A program made the translations under genes and the position numbers. A DNA stretch of 26,462 nt from a virus. Taxonomy: Duplodnaviria > Caudoviricetes. This document shows positions 1 to 7,458 of the stretch, piece after piece (position 1 is the stretch's first letter; every line of letters starts with the position of its first letter). The notes under the pieces were generated by a model. The model saw only the letters and a list, made by a program, of their open reading frames with translations, had not been told where the DNA came from and made no database searches. The stretch covers positions 1 to 26,462 of IMG/VR virus record IMGVR_UViG_3300020043_003758. One strand, 5' to 3'.

Positions 1-2
1 TT

Positions 3-1649
3 TTCTTCCACCTCACCGGACTCTGTGATCCTGCGGGTAACTGTTACGGACTGCGCAAGGTGGGGTTTATCCCCCATTACTGTCTGCGGGTTGGCTCGCA
101 CTGTATCCGCCTGCGGCATGAGCAGATCGAGTTCCTCACCAACAGGCACCACCGCAACTTCGTCCCCAAGGCGCGGAAGCTGGGGATGAGCACCTTGATC
201 GTCCTGGACTACCTCGACTCCTGTCTCTTCACCAAGAACTTCCGTTGTGGGGTGATCGACATCAAGGAGGCGGATGCCCAGGACAAACTAGCCATTGCCA
301 AATTCGCATGGGACAAGGGACCGACTGAGCACCCAGACCTTGCCCTGCGCACCATCTGGGCAACTTCCATCTGCCCCCGCAACAAGCTCACCTCCTCGTC
401 CAATGGGCACCTCGAATGGCGCAATGGCTCGGAATACACCGCAGGTGTCCGCTACACGGGGAAGACCCCGATCAAGTTGCACATCTCCGAGTTCGGCCCC
501 ATCGCTGCGCAAGCACCCAAGGTGGCTGAGGACATCGTGCGAGGTTCCATGAACGCCGTGCCGATGAATGGCACCATCGATGTGGAGACCACGATGGAGG
601 GTGGGCGCATCGGGCACTGCTATCACATCTTCCAGCAGGCACTCCACGCCACCAAGGAGAACCAACTCACCCCGCTGGACTGGCGGATGCACTTCTTCTC
701 ATGGCTCGGGCATCCGTCCTACCGCATCCGAGGTGCCCGCCCAAAGCTCCAAGCTACCCAGGACTACTTCGATAAGCTCACCGAGAAGCACCGCTTCTGG
801 ATCATGGACAAGTTCGGGTGGGCAGACGGCATCATCCCCTCAGATCGGCAGGCGTGGTGGGAGAAGAAGCGTGAACAACTCAAAGACCTTATGTGGCAGC
901 AGTTCCCGTCCACCGTGGATGAGTGCGACATGGCGAATGTCACTGGGCAGATCTACCCAGAGATGACCACGGTGCGCAATCAGGGGCGTGTGACCACGTT
1001 CAACCCCGAGCCACACCTCCCCTTTTTCATGTCGGCCGACCTCGGCTCTTCAGTCAACACTGCACTCTGGCTACACCAACCAGCAGGCAAGCAGCACAAC
1101 GTGATCGACTGCGCGTTCGGAGAGGGCAAGGGGGCAGCATGGGTGGCAGAACAGTTCCGCAAATGGGAGACCCAGTTCGGGCAGATCGTCCAACTCATCA
1201 TCCCGCACGATGCCAACACCACCGATAAGGGATCGGGCCTCACCTATGTGGAGAACCTTGTGAAGTGCGCTATCCCCAGGGCGAAGATCACCGTGGTCCC
1301 CCGCACCCCCGACGTGTGGGCAGGGGTCGATGCCGTGCGCAAGCTCCTCTCCCGATGCTGGTTCCACGTCCGCACCGACACCCCCACCACCGACACCGAA
1401 GGGAACGAGCACCCAGGTGGAGTGGTGCGGCTGGAGGGCTACCGAGTCAGACCCTCGACCTCCGGCGCAGCCTCGACCAGTCCATTCAAGGATGGCGTGT
1501 GCGACCACGCAGCGGACGGGTTCCGCACCTATGCCGAGGCGGATGAGCAGTCGCTCGTTCGCACCCACCTGCGCGTTGAGGAGAAGGGGGACGGCAGAAC
1601 CACCATCACCGGACAACGCACGGTGAAGATCATCATGCAACAACCATAA
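3..1649 (+). CDS. terL: Phage terminase large subunit (5' end uncertain; frame is open to the window edge)
   Basis: Walker A-like NFVPKARKLGMST, Walker B LHISEFG, coupling motif ETT, RNase H-type nuclease motifs MSADLG, IIPHDA and DHAADGFRT. Lies upstream of the portal. ORF track starts at GTG 60, but there is no stop from position 3. Confidence 0.9.
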   Translation, partial: FFHLTGLCDPAGNCYGLRKVGFIPHYCLRVGSHCIRLRHEQIEFLTNRHHRNFVPKARKLGMSTLIVLDYLDSCLFTKNFRCGVIDIKEADAQDKLAIAKFAWDKGPTEHPDLALRTIWATSICPRNKLTSSSNGHLEWRNGSEYTAGVRYTGKTPIKLHISEFGPIAAQAPKVAEDIVRGSMNAVPMNGTIDVETTMEGGRIGHCYHIFQQALHATKENQLTPLDWRMHFFSWLGHPSYRIRGARPKLQATQDYFDKLTEKHRFWIMDKFGWADGIIPSDRQAWWEKKREQLKDLMWQQFPSTVDECDMANVTGQIYPEMTTVRNQGRVTTFNPEPHLPFFMSADLGSSVNTALWLHQPAGKQHNVIDCAFGEGKGAAWVAEQFRKWETQFGQIVQLIIPHDANTTDKGSGLTYVENLVKCAIPRAKITVVPRTPDVWAGVDAVRKLLSRCWFHVRTDTPTTDTEGNEHPGGVVRLEGYRVRPSTSGAASTSPFKDGVCDHAADGFRTYAEADEQSLVRTHLRVEEKGDGRTTITGQRTVKIIMQQP

Positions 1650-1653
1650 CCCT

Positions 1654-2292
1654 ATGCCATTACACGAAACATCCATCCCCCCGCTTAAGTGCTTTGTTCG
1701 CCGTGAGTTCCTGACAGGCAATCCCGACCATGCGGGGCAGTATGAGAAAGGCGTTGCCGTCTCAGTCCGATCCATCCCCGGTTCCTGCGCATTGTTCCAG
1801 GTGCTGCTGGAGAATGGGGCACTGCGCGACAAGCTGCCCATCCACGCACTGCATGACTACGAGCACACCCACGTCCACCCGTTTCACCACCTGCAACTTT
1901 GGAACTCCTTCTCAGCCAACTTCAGCATCGTGGAGATCAACTTCCTCTCCGGTCTCAAGGTGTCAGTGCGGATGAAGGACGGCACCTGGGCAGACGGCAT
2001 TTACCTTTGGACAATGCAGTGGGGACCAGACTACACCAACGGGGCAGACATCACCCTTGCCATCCACCCAGAAGAGCACAAGAGCGGACACTTCATCGCC
2101 CTCGACTGCGGTGAGTTTGCCGTGCAGCCCAACAACCGTCTGCGGTGGCAGGAACCGAGTCACGTCACCAAGCCATTCCCAGATCGCCCAGACTACGTGG
2201 TGAACGAGGATGAATGGAACTGCGAGGCGTATGCCAAGTGGCAGACAGAGGACAGCAATGCGTGGCACTACCAAACCCAGGAGAATCCGTGA
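1654..2292 (+). CDS. Conserved phage protein of unknown function (212 aa)
   Basis: Tightly packed ORF with phage-like codon usage. Motifs LENGA..KLPI, LQLWNSFS, EHKSGHFIALDCGEFAVQPNNRLRW resemble a widespread uncharacterised phage family (from memory, not searched). Confidence 0.75.
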   Translation: MPLHETSIPPLKCFVRREFLTGNPDHAGQYEKGVAVSVRSIPGSCALFQVLLENGALRDKLPIHALHDYEHTHVHPFHHLQLWNSFSANFSIVEINFLSGLKVSVRMKDGTWADGIYLWTMQWGPDYTNGADITLAIHPEEHKSGHFIALDCGEFAVQPNNRLRWQEPSHVTKPFPDRPDYVVNEDEWNCEAYAKWQTEDSNAWHYQTQENP

Positions 2293-3017
2293 CACCCAAG
2301 CAGCAGGCGATCGACCTCTACAACGGCAACGCAGTGCGCTACGTGGGTGAGCGGCACCTCATCCGCAGCCTTCCGCAAGGGCGCACCATTGAAACACCCC
2401 AGTGCTGCCTGTGGGGGTTCCCAATCCGACTCACACCCCGGCTGCTGAAGCATGGCACCGTTACCATCCACCACGAACCAGACCCCGATTGTTGGATGGT
2501 GTGGCTATGCACAGGCGACCTGGAGTCCGTCCTGCACCTCATCCCCTACCCCTTGCCCTACGTCGCATTTGCGCGTGACAACCGACTCAGGGGGTATAGT
2601 TTTGAGAAGTTGACCCGCAAACTTATGAAATCACTACCCCCTATCCAGTGGCATCGTCATCCCGAGCAGCAGCACCAGTTCGGAGGTGGTGGGGGTGGAG
2701 GACCCTCCAAGACGGCAAAGGAGAATGAGAAGCTGAACAACCAACTGCTCAAGCAGCAGCTTGCGGCAATGGGCAAAGAGCAGCCGGAGATGCCTGCCTT
2801 CATCCCACCACCCACACCCAAGTATGCCCCACCCCCGAGCCAGACCTCTCAGGATGCGGAGGCAGCAGCGCAGGAGTTTCGACGGGCATCCAAGATGCGC
2901 CGGGGGTTCGCCCGCTCCAAGTTGGGAGCGGGTGACACGGGCAGACCTTCCACCTCCACACCATCCACCCCCGCACCTGTCGCTACTGCGCAAGGTGCTA
3001 AGTCCACACTCGGCTAA
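2289..3017 (+). CDS. Two-module hypothetical protein: ~112-aa globular N-module plus Gly/Pro/basic virion-associated module (possible internal start at 2625)
   Basis: GTG at 2289 overlaps the previous stop (GTGA), so it is preferred over 2214. C-part MKSLPPIQWHRHPEQQHQFGGGGGGG...RRGF..S.LG..LG sits directly before the portal, like T7 gp6.7/7.3-type small virion proteins. Confidence 0.6.
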   Translation: MTPKQQAIDLYNGNAVRYVGERHLIRSLPQGRTIETPQCCLWGFPIRLTPRLLKHGTVTIHHEPDPDCWMVWLCTGDLESVLHLIPYPLPYVAFARDNRLRGYSFEKLTRKLMKSLPPIQWHRHPEQQHQFGGGGGGGPSKTAKENEKLNNQLLKQQLAAMGKEQPEMPAFIPPPTPKYAPPPSQTSQDAEAAAQEFRRASKMRRGFARSKLGAGDTGRPSTSTPSTPAPVATAQGAKSTLG

Positions 3018-3023
3018 CCTACC

Positions 3024-4700
3024 ATGAAAATCCCCCTCACTGAATTAGGAGTCCGTTGTCATCGAGCTTGGCAGGAAGCTGAGTTGAAGCGGATGCAGAT
3101 GGTGAACGTGTTCAAACAGTTGGGGGACTATGCCCGCCCATCTGTGGATGCGATCAACAGCACCGAGCCGAACCAGAACTCATCCAAGTCCACCCATCGC
3201 CACACCCGTCTGTTCGACTCCACCTTGATGAACTCGGTGGAGCAGCACGCATCGGGGATCAAGGCGTGGATGTCACCTGCCAACTCGTTCTGGTTTCAGG
3301 TCCTGCCCGATGATGCCTACAACGGAGACGATGAGGTGGCTGAGTGGCACTCCCGTGTCTCGCAAATCATGGAGCGGCAGATCAATCTGTCCAATTTCCA
3401 CGCTGAGGACTTCGAGGCAGTCATCGACGGTGCGGCATTCGGCACCCGCCATCTGCTCATCACCGAGTCACCTCCCGGCATCGACAAACCGTTCGTCTGC
3501 CAACGCTGGGACCCCAACACGTTCAGCATGACGGAGAATGCAGAAGGGTTCGTGGATGGTGTCTATGCCACCAAGAACTACACCCCCAAGCAAGCAGTGG
3601 AGAAGTTCGGGGAGGACATGGTGCCTGACTCAGTGCTCCAGAAGTTTCGGCTCAAGCCAGAGGACGCATCGCAGGAGCAGTACGTGCTGTGCATCTACAA
3701 ACGGCAGGACGACGAGCGAGTTGAGGACTCACCGCTCGCAGAGGACATGGAGATTGCCTCGGTCTGGATTCACGCAGCAAGCAAAAAGGTGGTGCGCAAC
3801 TCAGGACACCCAGACATGCCCTCCATCGTCTCCCGGCACCTGAAGTGGTCGGACACACCGTTTGGAATCGCACCCGCGATCAAGGCACTAGCCGATGCAC
3901 GGCAACTCAACTCCTTGCAATGCAGCCTAGACCTCTTAGCCGATGTCGCAGCCAACCCTCGGCTGCTCATCCCCGTGGAGCAGGAGGGCAACGTGAACCT
4001 CATGCCGGGAGGACCGACCTACTATGCCGATCCCAACCGCATCCCCCGCACCTGGGGCAGCGAGGGCACCTACGTAGAGGGGCAGAACCGTGTGCAGATG
4101 CGCAGGCAGGACATCGAACGTGCTCTCAACCTGGACGTGTTCAGGACCTTCCGCAACATCACGAAGGAAATTACGGCAACCGAGGCATTGGAGATTCGGC
4201 AAGAGGCTATTGACCTCTTCTCCCCGGTGTTCTCCCTCATGTCCACTGAGCACTACGAGCGGGTGCTCATCCGCATCTTCAACATCCTCCTCCGGCAAGG
4301 CTACTTCCCCCCGGTTCCCGAGAAGATGATGATCCCCATCTCGGACACCGAGGCAACGATCCTGCCACCCAAGGTGTCCTTCACCAGTCGCATGGCGATG
4401 GCTATCAGCCAGCGGCACAAGGCAGCTATTGACGAGTCCCTGCAACGCAGGCTCAACGTGGCATCCATCATCGGTGAGGCAGCGTTCGACGACATCAAAA
4501 TCCCCGAGGCGTTGAAGCTCATCGACCAAGGCAATGGTCTCCCCGCCCACCTCCACCGCACCGACGAGGAGCTTGCCCAGTTGCAAGAGGCACGCAGGCA
4601 GCAGCAAGCCCAAGCACAGCAGATGCAGATGCTTGAGCAGGCAGCGAGTGCAGCAGGCAAGCTCAAGGGCACAGGAGTACTTGAAGCAGCAACCGCATGA
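3024..4700 (+). CDS. Portal (head-to-tail connecting protein, T7 gp8-like), 558 aa
   Basis: Size, position after the terminase, motifs LFDST, DGAAFGT, PFGIAPAIKALAD..QLN, ITATE, and a Gln-rich C-terminal tail typical of podoviral portals. Confidence 0.9.
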   Translation: MKIPLTELGVRCHRAWQEAELKRMQMVNVFKQLGDYARPSVDAINSTEPNQNSSKSTHRHTRLFDSTLMNSVEQHASGIKAWMSPANSFWFQVLPDDAYNGDDEVAEWHSRVSQIMERQINLSNFHAEDFEAVIDGAAFGTRHLLITESPPGIDKPFVCQRWDPNTFSMTENAEGFVDGVYATKNYTPKQAVEKFGEDMVPDSVLQKFRLKPEDASQEQYVLCIYKRQDDERVEDSPLAEDMEIASVWIHAASKKVVRNSGHPDMPSIVSRHLKWSDTPFGIAPAIKALADARQLNSLQCSLDLLADVAANPRLLIPVEQEGNVNLMPGGPTYYADPNRIPRTWGSEGTYVEGQNRVQMRRQDIERALNLDVFRTFRNITKEITATEALEIRQEAIDLFSPVFSLMSTEHYERVLIRIFNILLRQGYFPPVPEKMMIPISDTEATILPPKVSFTSRMAMAISQRHKAAIDESLQRRLNVASIIGEAAFDDIKIPEALKLIDQGNGLPAHLHRTDEELAQLQEARRQQQAQAQQMQMLEQAASAAGKLKGTGVLEAATA

Positions 4701-5011
4701 TCGGATCACTCGACTCAGCAATGGTGGAGGTCATCACACGCCTCTACCCAGATGAACCCAACCCAGTCGCACGGTTGCAGCAGCTTTGCCGCAACACGTT
4801 CGGCTCGGGGTCTGGACGTGAGCTACTGTCCATCCTCAACTACGCAGTCCCACCGATGGCACCGAGCGTGCGTGAAGGCACGGACAACGACCCTGCCGTG
4901 GTTGGTATGAGAGATGGTCGCCGGGAGGTCTCCGCATTCCTATTCCGATACTCGGGGAATCCCCCGGCAGCACCAGAACAACCCACCACAAAGACCAAAC
5001 GCAATGGCTAA
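4697..5011 (+). CDS. Bbp19-like small protein downstream of portal
   Basis: ATGA overlap with the portal stop. Pattern FGSGSGRELLSIL...RDGRREVSAFL matches the F..G+.VL..L...EG+R.V family found between portal and scaffold. Confidence 0.65.
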   Translation: MIGSLDSAMVEVITRLYPDEPNPVARLQQLCRNTFGSGSGRELLSILNYAVPPMAPSVREGTDNDPAVVGMRDGRREVSAFLFRYSGNPPAAPEQPTTKTKRNG

Positions 5012-5300
5012 GAAAGCAGCAAAGAAGGTCGCAGCCAAGAAGGTTGCGAGAACCCGCGTCACCGATGACGACCTCATCGGGGATGCACCCAAGAAACCAG
5101 CAACCAAGCAGGCGAAAGAACCGGAGACTCCGGCAGAGGTTGACCCCAACGCACGCATCGTGCGTGGAGTCGTCATCCCACCCTATCCACCCGAGCTTGC
5201 CACCATCCAGGATGGTGATAAGACCCCGGCAGTGAAGAAGTGGTTCAAGGACAACCACCCCGAGGCATACGATGCGCTCTACCAGAACACGGTAGGCTAA
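5004..5300 (+). CDS. Hypothetical protein with Lys/Ala-rich (histone H1-like) N-terminus, 98 aa
   Basis: ATG 5004 overlaps the previous gene end. MAKKAAKKVAAKKVAR followed by a small C-domain GDKTPAVKKWF..HPEAY. Confidence 0.7.
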   Translation: MAKKAAKKVAAKKVARTRVTDDDLIGDAPKKPATKQAKEPETPAEVDPNARIVRGVVIPPYPPELATIQDGDKTPAVKKWFKDNHPEAYDALYQNTVG

Positions 5301-5306
5301 CCCCCA

Positions 5307-5322
5307 AGCAACCCTAGACCGA
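5307..5322 (+). promoter_or_regulatory. Scaffold translation-initiation region; exact target of antisense element at 7924-7939
   Basis: AGCAACCCTAGACCGA, ending 7 nt before ATG 5330, is the perfect reverse complement of TCGGTCTAGGGTTGCT (7924-7939). Confidence 0.6.
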
Positions 5323-5329
5323 CAACAAC

Positions 5330-6217
5330 ATGAAACGATACAACCCAATCTCCCTCGCCCTTCTGCCGCTCATGTGGCATGACCAGTGGGAGCAGCAGAA
5401 CAAAGAAGGTGATGGCACAGGTGATCCACCACCTCCGAGCGATCCACCCCCACCCCTACTCGGTGAGGACCTATCCTTCACCCCCGGTTGGCAGGAAAAG
5501 CTGCCGGAGGAATACCGGCCCACCGCAGCCAACTTCAAGGACCTCCCATCCTTGATGAAGTCTCTGGTGGAGACCAAGCGGATGGCAAGCGGCAAGCTGG
5601 AAGGCTATGTCAAAGTCCCCGGCGAAAGCGCAACCCCCGAGGAGCTTGCGGCATACCGCAAGGCGCAAGGTGTGCCCGACTCCCCAGATGCCTATGATTT
5701 GAAAAAGCCTGATGGTGAACTCGGGAACTTCTACAATGAGGAGGAGGTCAAAGCGTTTGCTGCCAAGGCTGCTGAACTGGGTCTCACCAAACAGCAGGCA
5801 TCGGCACTTGCTGAATGGCGTTTGAACATCTCCAAGGACTACGACGACAAGGAACGCGAAGAGGGCAGAGCATTTCTTGCGCAGCGGGACAAGGTGTTCA
5901 CGGAGGCTTGGGGTGGCAAAAAGGAAGCAGAGTTGGTCGATGCACAGCGCATGTTGCTCACACTCGACCACTCCTTGAAACCCGAGCTGGTGAACTTCCT
6001 CGAACCCAAGCTGGTGGTGGCACTGGCTGCGTTTGCGAAAAAGCTCAACCCAGACGCGATGGTGGCGAAGGAGCAGTTCGAGAACAAGCTATCATCCACC
6101 TCCATGTCGAACGACATCGTGACCAACAAGAGCAATCCTGATTACGAGGCGTTTCACAACCCCCGCCACCCCAACCACGCTGCTGTGAAGCAGAAGGTGC
6201 TTGACGGGTTCAAGTGA
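5330..6217 (+). CDS. Capsid assembly scaffolding protein, 295 aa
   Basis: Between portal and capsid gene. Acidic/Pro-rich N-part, W...LPEE, GVPDSPDAY, A.ELGLTKQQA, EAWG, and C-terminal Y.....HP.H...V motif typical of these scaffolds. Confidence 0.8.
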   Translation: MKRYNPISLALLPLMWHDQWEQQNKEGDGTGDPPPPSDPPPPLLGEDLSFTPGWQEKLPEEYRPTAANFKDLPSLMKSLVETKRMASGKLEGYVKVPGESATPEELAAYRKAQGVPDSPDAYDLKKPDGELGNFYNEEEVKAFAAKAAELGLTKQQASALAEWRLNISKDYDDKEREEGRAFLAQRDKVFTEAWGGKKEAELVDAQRMLLTLDHSLKPELVNFLEPKLVVALAAFAKKLNPDAMVAKEQFENKLSSTSMSNDIVTNKSNPDYEAFHNPRHPNHAAVKQKVLDGFK

Positions 6218-6259
6218 TCTGGTAGCATTCGGGATGCCTCGTAGTGGGGGTATTTCGAT

Positions 6260-6272
6260 GTAGCTCATGGTG
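6260..6272 (+). ncRNA. Putative 3'-UTR antisense element complementary to the start of the collagen-like gene
   Basis: GTAGCTCATGGTG is the reverse complement of CACCATGAGCTAC (22535-22547, includes ATG 22539). It abuts the terminator stem. Function is inferred. Confidence 0.45.
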
Positions 6273-6274
6273 AG

Positions 6275-6310
6275 TTGCCCACCTCTTAACCGAGGTGGGC
6301 AATTTTTTTT
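6275..6310 (+). terminator. Rho-independent terminator after scaffold gene
   Basis: 11-bp perfect stem TTGCCCACCTC / GAGGTGGGCAA, 6-nt loop TTAACC, followed by T8. Confidence 0.9.
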
Positions 6311-6311
6311 G

Positions 6312-6339
6312 TTGCATTCTCCAGAATTGCCCTCACACT
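6312..6339 (+). promoter_or_regulatory. Possible sigma70-type promoter for the capsid transcript
   Basis: TTGCAT-N16-CACACT directly after the terminator T-tract (possible UP element). A promoter is expected here because a strong terminator precedes the capsid gene. Confidence 0.4.
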
Positions 6340-6356
6340 GGAATCTGACAGAGAAA

Positions 6357-6450
6357 GTTAGTGCAGGCCCGCAAGGATTCCCACAAGCACTAACCGGATC
6401 ACCCAGGACTGCATGACACCCGCAAAGCGGACTATGGCACGGCAGGACTA
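6357..6450 (+). promoter_or_regulatory. Structured 5' leader of major capsid mRNA
   Basis: Stem GTTAGTGC(6357-64)/GCACTAAC(6387-94). Second hairpin CCGC-AAA-GCGG (6420-30) inside CTGC/GCAG. CCCGCAA occurs twice and GGA(C/T) five times. Confidence 0.5.
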
Positions 6451-6484
6451 ACCCTCCTATCCAAATCCATACCATAATCGTGTC

Positions 6485-7393
6485 ATGTCTTTAACCATTC
6501 CTCAAAATTACATTCGGGCTTTCAGCGCAATCTGGGAGCACACCGTCCAGCAAGAAACCGCACTCCTCGCAGATCGCGTCACCATTGACGACTTCGAGGG
6601 CAAGGAAAAGGTCTATACCGACCTCGACCGAGTGCAGTTCGTCAAAAAGCGTGGTCGCCTCCAGAAGACCATCTCCCAAGAGGCTACTGCCCAAAAGCGG
6701 AAAATGAGTCGCCAGGACTTCTCCTGCCACATCATCTTTGACCGTGGTGACAACCAACTGCTCGGGATGCTCGGTGAGCCTACCTCGGAGATTCAGGTGG
6801 AAATGCGCTACGCCTTCCAACGCTCCATGGACGATGGTTTGATCGAAGCAGCTTCCGGCACCGTCTACGGTGGTGCGGACCCATATGTTACCCCAATCAC
6901 CCTGCCTAACTCGCAGAAGGTTGCGGTGAACTACGTCCCCTCCGGTTCTCCTGCCAACTCAGGTCTGACTCCTGACAAGCTCCAAGCTGCCATCAAGCGG
7001 TTTGAGGACAAGGAACTCAGCGTTAACAGTGAGGAGTTCGTGCTCGCCATCGGACCCAAGCAGAAGGAAGACCTCTTCCAGTATGTGAAGACTGCCCCAT
7101 CCAGTGCTTACGCCATGATGATCGGCAAATGGCTGAACAACCCCAACGAGAAACTGTTCGGGTTCACGGTGATTGTCTCCAACCGTCTTGCCCTCAACAC
7201 CAGCACAGATGTTCGCACCTGCCTTGCCTGGAGTCGCCGGGGCATCTACGCCGCACCGAGCAAGATGGAAGTGATGATCGACGTGCTGCCTGACCAAGAG
7301 CACGCTCGCCTCATCTCCAGCTACGGGCAGTGGGGCTTTATGCGCCGCTACGAGGAGAGGGTCCTTGAAATCTACTGCGACGAGTCCCCCTAA
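6485..7393 (+). CDS. Major capsid protein (BPP-1/T7-like type), 302 aa
   Basis: Follows the scaffold. N-terminal YIRAFS..WEHTVQQ..ALL, AFQRSMDD.LI.A, KLFGF.VIVSNRL, C-terminal G..R.EE.VLEI.C.E pattern of this capsid family. Confidence 0.88.
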   Translation: MSLTIPQNYIRAFSAIWEHTVQQETALLADRVTIDDFEGKEKVYTDLDRVQFVKKRGRLQKTISQEATAQKRKMSRQDFSCHIIFDRGDNQLLGMLGEPTSEIQVEMRYAFQRSMDDGLIEAASGTVYGGADPYVTPITLPNSQKVAVNYVPSGSPANSGLTPDKLQAAIKRFEDKELSVNSEEFVLAIGPKQKEDLFQYVKTAPSSAYAMMIGKWLNNPNEKLFGFTVIVSNRLALNTSTDVRTCLAWSRRGIYAAPSKMEVMIDVLPDQEHARLISSYGQWGFMRRYEERVLEIYCDESP

Positions 7394-7401
7394 CCCCTAA
7401 C

Positions 7402-7430
7402 TGCCCCGCCCAGTAACCCTGTGCGGGGCA
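7402..7430 (+). promoter_or_regulatory. Intergenic stem-loop without U-tract (mRNA stability/processing element)
   Basis: TGCCCCGC-C-CAG-TAACC-CTG-T-GCGGGGCA: 8+3 bp hairpin, 8 nt after the capsid stop. Confidence 0.6.
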
Positions 7431-7458
7431 AACCTTAACCCCTCAACTCCTCAGCATT

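Noticed and set aside
6092-6475. Minus-strand 127-aa ORF across the scaffold-capsid intergenic region
   Set aside because: It crosses a terminator and a structured leader and has no recognisable features. Its internal ATG context is explained by complementarity to the 22539 start.
6218-6484. tRNA or known riboswitch in the largest intergenic region
   Set aside because: No cloverleaf or T-loop consensus, and no match to riboswitch cores I can recognise. It is reported only as an unclassified structured leader.
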